Origin: Patescibacteria group bacterium
Lineage (GTDB): Bacteria > Patescibacteriota > Minisyncoccia > Phycocordibacterales > DATDWN01
Reading direction: 5' to 3'
NCBI GenBank assembly: GCA_030917185.1
Contig: JAUPVF010000050.1
Span: forward strand, 1 to 37,776
Length of the DNA: 37,776 nt
The position numbers and the translations under genes are program-made. Below, one piece after another: positions 30,441-37,776 of this stretch (the stretch's first letter is position 1; each line of letters opens with the position of its first letter). Under the pieces are notes generated by a model. It was not told where the DNA came from, made no database searches, and saw only the letters and a list, made by a program, of their open reading frames with translations.

Positions 30441-30666
30441 AATTTTGTGTCAAAAATTTTAATATCAATCTTTTCCGATGGATATGAGTATTGCCTGACT
30501 TTCCTTTCAAAAGTCTAAAGATCATTCTTGCCTGTTCATTAGGGCTTAGATTAACAAACATCAAGACAAAAGCTTCTTCTTCCTCTTTGTCTCTCTGCCT
30601 ACTCATCTCCTCTTCCTTCTTGAGGGCGTCAATTTCCGCCTGCGTGTATGTTCTGTTAAGTGCCAT
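30439..30666 (-). CDS. hypothetical 75-aa charged protein
   Basis: ATG 30666 with GGAGG 6 nt upstream (the track starts at an upstream GTG). Confidence 0.6.
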   Translation of the reverse strand: MALNRTYTQAEIDALKKEEEMSRQRDKEEEEAFVLMFVNLSPNEQARMIFRLLKGKSGNTHIHRKRLILKFLTQN

Positions 30667-30738
30667 AAAAACCTCCACTGTTAAGATTACTCATTTTCTA
30701 TGTTTTGCCAAGGGCTGCCCTTGGATTGTTTGTGTCTA

Positions 30739-31356
30739 TTATTGTCTATTTTTTAGGGCATTTTTGATTGTATCTGTATCAGAGTATTCAAGTTCTGTAC
30801 CAGTTGAAAGTCCTCTGCCGAGAGTTGATAGTTTGATTTTTGCTGGTGCGGTTATTGGCTCTAGAATGTGTTGGAGATATGACAAGGTGTTTTCACCTTC
30901 AGGGTTATAATTGAGTGCGATGATGATTTCTTTTAGTCCAGATTGGATTTTTGTTTGTAAGACTGCAATGAGTTCTTTTTGGCGGATTTTATATTCTGGA
31001 TTTTTTTCTAAAATAGGGATTGTGCCACCAAGAATAAAATAATAGCCGTTGTATAGTTTTGTTTTTTCTATGTTTTCAAAATCAACGTCGTGGGAGACGA
31101 GCATGAGAGTTTCTTTATCCCTGTGTTCATTGCGACAGATAGGGCAGTGAGTATTTTCTGTATTATCTTTTTGGAAAAACCGATAGCATGATTCACATGA
31201 ATATACTTCAGATCTGATACTGGCTATTAATTTAGCAAGTTCATTGGCGTACCCATTTTTACGTGTCAGTAAAAAATAGACAAAACGCTTGGCCTGTCGA
31301 GGGCCAATTCCTGGGAATTCTTTAAATAATTCGATCAGTTTCTGGGTGTTATCCAT
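30739..31356 (-). CDS. recR: recombination protein RecR
   Basis: FPGIGPRQAKRFVYFLL HhH motif, CxxC zinc finger (CESCYRF...CPICRN), Toprim region. Confidence 0.92.
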   Translation of the reverse strand: MDNTQKLIELFKEFPGIGPRQAKRFVYFLLTRKNGYANELAKLIASIRSEVYSCESCYRFFQKDNTENTHCPICRNEHRDKETLMLVSHDVDFENIEKTKLYNGYYFILGGTIPILEKNPEYKIRQKELIAVLQTKIQSGLKEIIIALNYNPEGENTLSYLQHILEPITAPAKIKLSTLGRGLSTGTELEYSDTDTIKNALKNRQ

Positions 31357-31400
31357 ATATAAAATTTGAAAAATTAAAATGTTCGTTGAGGTATGTTGTT

Positions 31401-31515
31401 TTTTGAGGTTTGATCATATCTTTTTGAAACCGTCGCAGGCGGGTAGCCGAGAGCCGAGCGGCGGGCGAGCCCCGCCCGAACGCGTGTTTCAAAAAGATAT
31501 GTCAAACCCTCAAAA
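31401..31515 (-). repeat. GC-rich nested palindromic element, copy C (core 31416-31500), inverted relative to A and B
   Basis: The core is the exact reverse complement of copy B. Outer arms TTTTGAGGTTTGATC / GTCAAACCCTCAAAA. Lies 16 nt after the dnaB stop (minus-strand operon). Confidence 0.85.
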
Positions 31516-31531
31516 CAAAGTTAAACCACTA

Positions 31532-32923
31532 TTAGAAATCACTAAACTCTTTTTCTGCACCACGGAACTCTGCTTTTTCCATGCTTTGGAACGTGGCTTT
31601 TTTATCATTAAAGAACAATTCAACTTTACCCGTCTCGCCATTTCGGTGTTTCTCTATCAAAATCTCAGCGATATTGGTACGTTCTGCTTCATCTTTGTAT
31701 TTATCTTCACGATGAATAAACATAACCACATCAGCATCTTGTTCAATAGAGCCGGAATCTCGCAAGTCGGACAAACGTGGACGTCCTCCACGTTGTTCAA
31801 CTGCTCGGGAAAGTTGTGAGAGAGCAAGTACCGGAACATCTAATTCACGAGCAAGATTTTTGAGGGATCGTGATATTTCTGTTACTTGTTGCACAACATT
31901 ATCATTTTTTGTTTGTGTTGGTACCATGAGTTGCAAGTAATCAACAACAATCAAACCCAATCCGTGTTCGCTTTTCAGTCGGCGGGCGATTGAACGCATT
32001 TTTAAGATATTGTTTCCTGGTTGATCATCAATGAAAATCGGTGCTTTGTTTAACTTGTCTAATGACTCGCGGATTGCTTCAAAATCGTCTTGGCGGGATA
32101 GTTTACCTGTACGGAGTTTCCATGCATCCACGTTTGCCTGGGCGGCTAGCATACGGTCAACAAGTTGCTGGGAACTCATTTCCAATGAGAAAATACCAAC
32201 TGGTGTGTTGTGGTTAACCGCTGTTTGTCGGGCAATGTCTAGTGCAAGTGATGTTTTACCCATACTTGGTCGGGCCGCAAGAATGACAAGGTCTGATTTT
32301 TGTAGACCGGCAAGTTTATTGTCTATTTCTGTAAATCCTGTTGGGATACCTCGCATACTTTGTCCTTCGGTGTGTAGTCTGTCTAAACGCTCCCATGCTT
32401 CTGCAAGTTCATCCCGCAAAGGAACGAATTTATGTGCGGTGTTAAAATTGGTAACTTCAAATAATTTCTTTTCAGCATTATCCAGCATTTCCTCTAATTC
32501 TTTGTTTTCATCGTAGCCGATTTGAGAAATATGATCTGATGCTTCTATCAGTCTTCTCATCATGTATTTTTTCTGTACTAACTGTCCGTAATATACGACG
32601 TTTGCCGAAGATGGAACGATATTTACGATTTCTGTGAGGTAGGTGTTGCCACCGATTTGATCAAGCCATCCTTTTTCTTTGAGTCGTGCAGATACGGATA
32701 ATAAATCAATTGGTTGACGTTTGCCAAACAATTCCATCATTGTTTCAAAAATAATACGATGTTTGTCTGAATAGAATGAGTCCAGTGTGACAATGTCGCT
32801 AATATCATGGAGTGCTTCTGGTCGAAGCATAATAGAACCAAGGAGAGCCATTTCCGCCTCGAGGTTTTGAGGTGGGATACGGAGTCTGTTAGGAAATGTT
32901 TGGGCTATAACGGTCTGGGTCAT
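31532..32923 (-). CDS. dnaB: replicative DNA helicase DnaB
   Basis: PPQNLEAEMALLGSIM N-terminal domain, Walker A ARPSMGKTS, Walker B LIVVDYLQLM, LSQLSR motif. Confidence 0.95.
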   Translation of the reverse strand: MTQTVIAQTFPNRLRIPPQNLEAEMALLGSIMLRPEALHDISDIVTLDSFYSDKHRIIFETMMELFGKRQPIDLLSVSARLKEKGWLDQIGGNTYLTEIVNIVPSSANVVYYGQLVQKKYMMRRLIEASDHISQIGYDENKELEEMLDNAEKKLFEVTNFNTAHKFVPLRDELAEAWERLDRLHTEGQSMRGIPTGFTEIDNKLAGLQKSDLVILAARPSMGKTSLALDIARQTAVNHNTPVGIFSLEMSSQQLVDRMLAAQANVDAWKLRTGKLSRQDDFEAIRESLDKLNKAPIFIDDQPGNNILKMRSIARRLKSEHGLGLIVVDYLQLMVPTQTKNDNVVQQVTEISRSLKNLARELDVPVLALSQLSRAVEQRGGRPRLSDLRDSGSIEQDADVVMFIHREDKYKDEAERTNIAEILIEKHRNGETGKVELFFNDKKATFQSMEKAEFRGAEKEFSDF

Positions 32924-33009
32924 GTAGACATTCTACCATGCAGAAGTTTTTTTATGCCACTAGACAAAAGTGTAGAACCTGTGGGTATGGTGGGGAGAAA
33001 TAACGGTTT

Positions 33010-34788
33010 TTATAAGTCGTTTTTCTCAATATGCTTGATTCGTTTTGTCAGGTATTCCTCTGCCTTTTCTGAGTATTCGTTGAAATGATCAATAATGGTA
33101 TTTTCCTCGTTGGTTAATTGACGCTTGCTTTTTGTTTTTTCAAGAAGTCTTAAATGTACTTCAATATCTTTTCGTAACTCACTGAGGATTGCGTGTAATT
33201 CCAAATCAGTTTCGTTTAGATCATCAACAATTTGTCTTCGGATCTTCCTTATTCGTAGGATAATATAATATGCCAACAATACAAGTCCGAGTAACACCGC
33301 GACGATTGGGATGAGGAGGGAAAGAATATGTAACGCATTTGCGCTTAATTTAGTAAATGGTGTTGGCTTGACCATAACGAAAGCTTTTTCAGAAGGGATA
33401 CTCAAAACCCCATTATTGGTCATGGCTTGAGTCCAAATTGCTACTTGTTTTGTATTTGAATTGGTAACAAGGGCTTGTGACCAAATACTAATTAACCCTT
33501 CTGATTTGATGTAATTTGTGGTAAAGGCAAAAATACCACGTTCATCAGCCGATACTTGGTATCGTACAGGTTCTTTGTCTGCTTCTTGTACCCAAATCAC
33601 CACTTCAGATTTAGGATACGGAGTGACTCCTTTAATTGAAATTCGTTCACCACTGGTGATTGATTCAGGGAATTCAATAATTTTCGGAGTCTTGATTTCT
33701 GGGGCATTAACAGTAGTGTTTTCTTCGATACTGTTATTTGCTGCATCAAATGCTCGAACAGTTATTTTCCTTTTACCGGGTTGCAGTGCGGGCAACAAAA
33801 TGGATTCACTTGATTCATTACCTGTTGTTGGGTAATCCATTATTTTTTCGTCATCAACAAAAACTACGTATTTTACAACCCCTGATGTGCTATCTGTTGC
33901 AGTTACGTTTAATGAAATAAGGTCATTATTTTTTATTTCAGAATTAAGAGTTAGGTTTTTTGGTGCCGTATTATCAATTTTTATTTTGTAGTGTGATGTG
34001 TTACTCCATCCTGCTCCATTTTTGAATCGAGCATGTATGTACCATACTCCGTCAGGCAAATCGTCTATCGTTTTTTGGGCTATAGCAGGTGAATATGAAA
34101 TAGTCGGTATCGAGTTTGGAAATTTACCCAATAACACCTGCACAGTATCTACATTTTTTGGCAGATTCCATTTGAAAGTAGCTGATGTCTGTGAATACCA
34201 GGTATCGGATGTAGGTATTTGCGCTGATGTTATGACTGGGGGGAGGGGGATGTCCTCTGTAAGAGTTGTTGGGGCTGAGTTTGTTGTCCCTGTGTAGTCC
34301 TGTATCGTTATGGTGGCAGGTGATTTTGTTGAGGTGACGTCTGTTCCCATCCCATCATTTGCTCTTACCGTTCCGGAATTAAAACTGATTGTTGCTGAGC
34401 CAGCACGTTTTGCTTTGAATACAATTGTAAGAATTTTCCCGCTTGATCCGTTATATCCAGGGTTTGGAACTCCACCATTAAAATTAATAATTCCATCGGT
34501 GTTTGAAAACGAAGGGTTTTCTACCCATAAGGGCAACACAGAGCCAGCCGTGCTGACCGACTGGACACTTAATAAATCAGAGGGGAATGATACTACGCCC
34601 TCGGTGTTGTTGATGGATACATTTTCACTGTTTACAAAGATGGATGTTGTAACGGTATCATTTTCAGAAATAGTTGATTTGCTATTTTGTATAAATAAAG
34701 TAGCGGCTTCTGTGTAGTATGGCACGCATAAAAACACTATAAGACCTAGAAAAACATATTTATATTGAATCAAACGTCCTTGGTTCAT
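33010..34788 (-). CDS. surface protein: signal peptide, cohesin-like module, Ig-like region, C-terminal TM helix and cytoplasmic coiled-coil tail
   Basis: MNQGRLIQYKYVFLGLIVFLCVPYYTEA signal. GVVSFPSDLLSVQSVSTAGSVLPLWVENPSFSNTDGIINFNGGVPNPGYNGSSGKILTIVFKAKRAGSATISF (cohesin style). TM helix ILSLLIPIVAVLLGLVLLAYYIIL, then an 81-aa charged tail. Confidence 0.8.
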   Translation of the reverse strand: MNQGRLIQYKYVFLGLIVFLCVPYYTEAATLFIQNSKSTISENDTVTTSIFVNSENVSINNTEGVVSFPSDLLSVQSVSTAGSVLPLWVENPSFSNTDGIINFNGGVPNPGYNGSSGKILTIVFKAKRAGSATISFNSGTVRANDGMGTDVTSTKSPATITIQDYTGTTNSAPTTLTEDIPLPPVITSAQIPTSDTWYSQTSATFKWNLPKNVDTVQVLLGKFPNSIPTISYSPAIAQKTIDDLPDGVWYIHARFKNGAGWSNTSHYKIKIDNTAPKNLTLNSEIKNNDLISLNVTATDSTSGVVKYVVFVDDEKIMDYPTTGNESSESILLPALQPGKRKITVRAFDAANNSIEENTTVNAPEIKTPKIIEFPESITSGERISIKGVTPYPKSEVVIWVQEADKEPVRYQVSADERGIFAFTTNYIKSEGLISIWSQALVTNSNTKQVAIWTQAMTNNGVLSIPSEKAFVMVKPTPFTKLSANALHILSLLIPIVAVLLGLVLLAYYIILRIRKIRRQIVDDLNETDLELHAILSELRKDIEVHLRLLEKTKSKRQLTNEENTIIDHFNEYSEKAEEYLTKRIKHIEKNDL

Positions 34789-35575
34789 GTGATGTTTTGT
34801 TGCGAATTAATTTTCTTATTATAAAAAATACGATTACTATTGCGACAACTCCGGCAATCCATGGTGTATATGAGGGTGTTGGTACGGTGTATGTTTCTAC
34901 GCGGTCATTTCCTGCGTTATCAATTGCATGGACTTCAATAGATCCTTTTAGTGTTTGATCTTTCAATACATACGTTGAACCACTTCGCACAAAAGGTCCT
35001 CCATTTTCTCTAACTTCATATCGGTTTATGCCAGATTGATTGTCTTGTGCTAAAAAAGAGACGAAATATTTTCCATCAAATGTTGCGGGGTCTTTGCCAA
35101 GTTCAATCACAAATGGTTCTGGTGGAGTTGTGTCGGTGCTTAAAAATGTTGAAAATTCATTTGTGACGGTTTTGCCTTGTTTTGCCACGGCTATTTTAGA
35201 ACCGACTCCAGTTACAGCAACTTCTGTCCCACTACCATCATTTATATATGCATGAGTATCGGTAAATGTAACAGAAATGTTTCCTGTTTTTTTAGGTTTT
35301 ATGTACATTGAAAAAACATGTAGAGCGTCACTTTGGATCCCTTGAGGAATACCGCCAGTGAAAGAAATTTGATTTTTTTCGTATGATGGTTTATTTGGCC
35401 ACAGGGAAAGTGGAGATCCTGTTGTGGTGATGTATACCATGTCATAATCACCAGAAACCTTAACTGCACCTTCAATGACGTTTATGTTTTTATTACCGGT
35501 GTTTAGATACACATCAATTCGTGTTGTGTCTCCGACCTTCAGTATGGGTGTACTTGGTTGTATTGATATTTCCAT
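34760..35575 (-). CDS. cohesin-like module protein with a C-terminal TM anchor and no N-terminal signal peptide
   Basis: MEISIQPSTPILKVGDTTRIDVYL...IEGAVKVSGDYDMVYITTTGSPLSLWPNKPSYEKNQISFTGGIPQGIQSDALHVFSMYIKPKKTGNISVTF. TM helix WIAGVVAIVIVFFII. 2-nt gap from the upstream gene and 29-nt overlap with the downstream gene. Confidence 0.75.
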   Translation of the reverse strand: MEISIQPSTPILKVGDTTRIDVYLNTGNKNINVIEGAVKVSGDYDMVYITTTGSPLSLWPNKPSYEKNQISFTGGIPQGIQSDALHVFSMYIKPKKTGNISVTFTDTHAYINDGSGTEVAVTGVGSKIAVAKQGKTVTNEFSTFLSTDTTPPEPFVIELGKDPATFDGKYFVSFLAQDNQSGINRYEVRENGGPFVRSGSTYVLKDQTLKGSIEVHAIDNAGNDRVETYTVPTPSYTPWIAGVVAIVIVFFIIRKLIRNKTSHEPRTFDSI

Positions 35576-35577
35576 AA

Positions 35578-37776
35578 TTATTTTTTAGTAAAAGGGATAC
35601 CTTTTGAGCCCCACTGTGAGAGCATGATTGAAAAGTCTACAGAATCAACTTTATTATCTTTGTTTATATCAGCACATGAATTTCTGAATGGAGGTTTTGT
35701 TTTCCAGTATGAAAGCAAGATAGAAAAATCTACAGAGTTTACTTTGCTGTCTTTATTTAAGTCAGCACCATTACATGTTCCTGTCGATACTGGTTGTTCA
35801 GTAACTGGAGGGATGGTTGGTGCAATACCTGCACCGCCACCACTACCGCCAGCCCCACCACCACCTGACGGAGGTGTCGTTCCTCCACTTGTTGTGATTG
35901 TAAATGATCGGGATGCTCGAGATGATTCCGTTCCGAAAAATGCAGCCAATTTGAAGTAATAGGTGCCAGCGGTTGGAACTGTTGCACTTAGGTTGGTGTT
36001 AAAGTCTTCTCCAGGGTTAATGTATTTTGCAGCTGTCCCGTGGAAGATATCATCTCCACCACCACAGGTGTTGTTTATATTTGAAACAACACACCATTCA
36101 TATTGGTATTCATATCCTGCCATACCTTCGTTTGTGATTGTTACGTTGGCGCTTGCGGTTGGAGTTGTACCAGTGACACTATTTATAATAACCTGAGGAG
36201 GAGAAGTTGTGACGTTCCAATAGTCATTACCGGGTAGTGTTTTCCCACTTTCAACGGTTGCAGATATAACACTTTCCCACACGCCACCGGTAGCACTGCC
36301 ACTTGTTGTGTATGAATATCCATATGTTCCTATACTTGTTCGTGTCATAGGTGCAGCGTTGACTATCACATTTCTATTTGGGTCGTATATTGTGATTGTT
36401 GGGGTATTTGCTGAATCAGTTACTGTGCCATTGTATAAGGTATTTACGGTTGCTAAATATGTACTACCGGCAGAGATTGTTCCAAAGTCAGACATGGTGA
36501 CTGTCCATGGTGATTGAGATGACAGAGTGAGAGAGGTTAGTGTTCGTGTTGCTGAATTCCACACATCAGCTGCTAAGGTACCAAATGATGTTAATGTTCT
36601 ACCAGAATATGCCCAGACATTAGCAGGCAGTGAGGTAATCATGCTACCAATGGATGTTGATGCATTACTAATCGCTGTGTTGGTGTTTCCGTTAATGACC
36701 GCTGCCAAACTTGATGATGCAGTACCAACCGTACTATTCGTGTTTGCATTGATTGTCGCTGTCTCTCCGGTTACATCAGACTGTGTTGCCAAGTTGCCTG
36801 TTAGCAAGTTTGCACCAGTGAGTGTTCGGGTACTGTTATTCCATACATCAGCCGCGAGTGTTCCAAATGTTGACAGACTTCTACTACCATATGCCCACAC
36901 AGTTGCTGGGAGTGATGCAATCATTGAACCGATTGATGTTGAGGCATTACTGATTGCGCTGTTTGTATTTGCATTGATTACACTTGCAAGTGATGATGAT
37001 GCGGTACCAATTTTACTATCCGTGTTGGCATTAACAGTGGTTGCGATACTTTCTGTTTGTGTATTTGTATTTGAATTAACCTGTGAGGTGATTGAGGTTG
37101 ATGCATTTTGTACATCGGTTAAGGTTGCCAGACTACCTGAAGACAAACCAGCGCTGGTTAGTGTACGTGTTCCGTTGTTCCATACATCAGCAACAAGTGT
37201 TCCGAATGTTGTCATACTTCGTGATCCGTATGCCCATATTGTTGCTGGTAGGGAAGTGATCATTGAACCGATTGATGTTGATGCGGTGTTTGTATTTGCA
37301 TTCACTAATGTGACGATTGAACTTGAAGCATTCGCTACTGTACTGTTCGTATTTGCATTGACTGCTGATGTAATGCCACTTGTATTTGAAACGATTGAAG
37401 TGTTAAGAGATGTTGATGCGGTTTGTATGTCAGATAATGTTGCAAGTGATCCAGTAGTGAGCCCACTTCCAGTTAGTGTTCGTGCTGTGTAATTCCAAAT
37501 ATCAGATGCGGTCAATGATCCTCCTGCGACGCTTCCTACTGCAGCATTAAGATTGTCTACAACTTGTTTTCCGACACTTCCACTTGTATTGAGTGTTGAA
37601 GTTGCTGTATTCCACACATCAGCCGCGAGTGTTCCGAATGTTGACAATGATCTCGTTGGATTTGTCCACACATCAGCTGCCAAGGTACCAAATGACGTTA
37701 ATGTCCTACCAGAATATGCCCAGACATTAGCAGGCAGTGAGGTAATCATGCTACCAATGGATGTTGATGCATTACT
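35578..37776 (-). CDS. large repeat (adhesin-like) protein ending in a type I dockerin; N-terminus outside the window
   Basis: The frame stays open upstream of Met 37749 to the window edge (SNASTSIGS continues the repeat). Repeats of SIGSMITSLPAxVWAYxxRxLxxFGTLAADVWN, then a Gly-rich linker. The C-terminal dockerin pair is DLNKDSKVNSVDFSILL / DINKDNKVDSVDFSIML. Confidence 0.85.
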   Translation of the reverse strand, partial: SNASTSIGSMITSLPANVWAYSGRTLTSFGTLAADVWTNPTRSLSTFGTLAADVWNTATSTLNTSGSVGKQVVDNLNAAVGSVAGGSLTASDIWNYTARTLTGSGLTTGSLATLSDIQTASTSLNTSIVSNTSGITSAVNANTNSTVANASSSIVTLVNANTNTASTSIGSMITSLPATIWAYGSRSMTTFGTLVADVWNNGTRTLTSAGLSSGSLATLTDVQNASTSITSQVNSNTNTQTESIATTVNANTDSKIGTASSSLASVINANTNSAISNASTSIGSMIASLPATVWAYGSRSLSTFGTLAADVWNNSTRTLTGANLLTGNLATQSDVTGETATINANTNSTVGTASSSLAAVINGNTNTAISNASTSIGSMITSLPANVWAYSGRTLTSFGTLAADVWNSATRTLTSLTLSSQSPWTVTMSDFGTISAGSTYLATVNTLYNGTVTDSANTPTITIYDPNRNVIVNAAPMTRTSIGTYGYSYTTSGSATGGVWESVISATVESGKTLPGNDYWNVTTSPPQVIINSVTGTTPTASANVTITNEGMAGYEYQYEWCVVSNINNTCGGGDDIFHGTAAKYINPGEDFNTNLSATVPTAGTYYFKLAAFFGTESSRASRSFTITTSGGTTPPSGGGGAGGSGGGAGIAPTIPPVTEQPVSTGTCNGADLNKDSKVNSVDFSILLSYWKTKPPFRNSCADINKDNKVDSVDFSIMLSQWGSKGIPFTKK
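36530..37776 (-). repeat. long in-frame tandem repeats inside the dockerin gene
   Basis: Repeat heads (MIT/ASLPA) at nt 37749, 37263, 36927 and 36642. Segments 36561-36669 and 37668-37776 differ at only about 3 of about 110 positions. Confidence 0.8.

Noticed and set aside
29801-31819. Recurrent peptide FLKPSQAGSREPSGG(R/A)...ERVFQKDM in ORFs 4837..5334, 29801..30364, 29945..30406 and 31379..31819, which could look like a small protein family.
   Set aside because: The shared peptide is just the translation of the palindromic DNA repeat in different ORF contexts. The real genes there are rplU (from 30089), rmuC and dnaB.
35624-37492. Plus-strand ORFs 36527..37492 (321 aa), 35624..35959 and 35963..36196.
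   Set aside because: They are antisense to the repeat/dockerin gene. Low-complexity repeats keep the opposite strand open. They have no start context and no independent support.
36530-37776. Regularly spaced repeats that might be mistaken for a CRISPR array.
   Set aside because: The repeats are 285-486 nt, in frame and coding, with no short spacer-repeat architecture. No CRISPR-like array was seen anywhere in the window.

Overview
AT-rich bacterial chromosomal window of about 38 kb. The gene content and protein styles (cohesin-type surface proteins, CPDG cysteine motifs, very short intergenic regions, tiny orphan genes) suggest a Candidate Phyla Radiation/Patescibacteria (Parcubacteria-like) genome. 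That taxonomic call is inference only. Backbone genes: a priA-like gene (partial, and missed by the ORF track because its stop lies outside the window), mreB paralog 1 with holB, frr-rseP-proS, an mreB2-mreC-mreD-like-PBP2 elongasome operon, greA, lysS, a mraZ-rsmH-ftsL-like-ftsI-murF dcw block, tRNA-Glu(CUC), yqeY, rmuC, rplU, recR and dnaB. Accessory or unusual content: (i) A minus-strand three-gene dockerin/cohesin surface module at 33.0-37.8 kb, including a highly repetitive adhesin-like gene truncated by the window. (ii) A tRNA-Glu-flanked stretch of about 6 kb (22.1-28.2 kb) of compositionally deviant monocistronic orphan genes, plus a soluble 914-aa TraD/VirD4-like P-loop ATPase with no other secretion genes nearby. 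(iii) A family of GC-rich nested palindromic elements (3 near-identical copies, 2 diverged), mostly placed just after stop codons. One copy carries fully compensatory stem substitutions, and a related 38-bp palindrome is inserted in frame in proS. (iv) A duplicate of the tRNA-Glu 5' half carrying an 88-nt GC-rich insert. (v) -10 boxes 5-10 nt from start codons, implying leaderless mRNAs for backbone genes, in contrast to SD-led orphan genes. (vi) A promoter-to-terminator unit without a credible ORF (candidate sRNA or attenuator) upstream of mreB2. All product calls rest on motif recognition by eye. No searches, folds or statistics were run.
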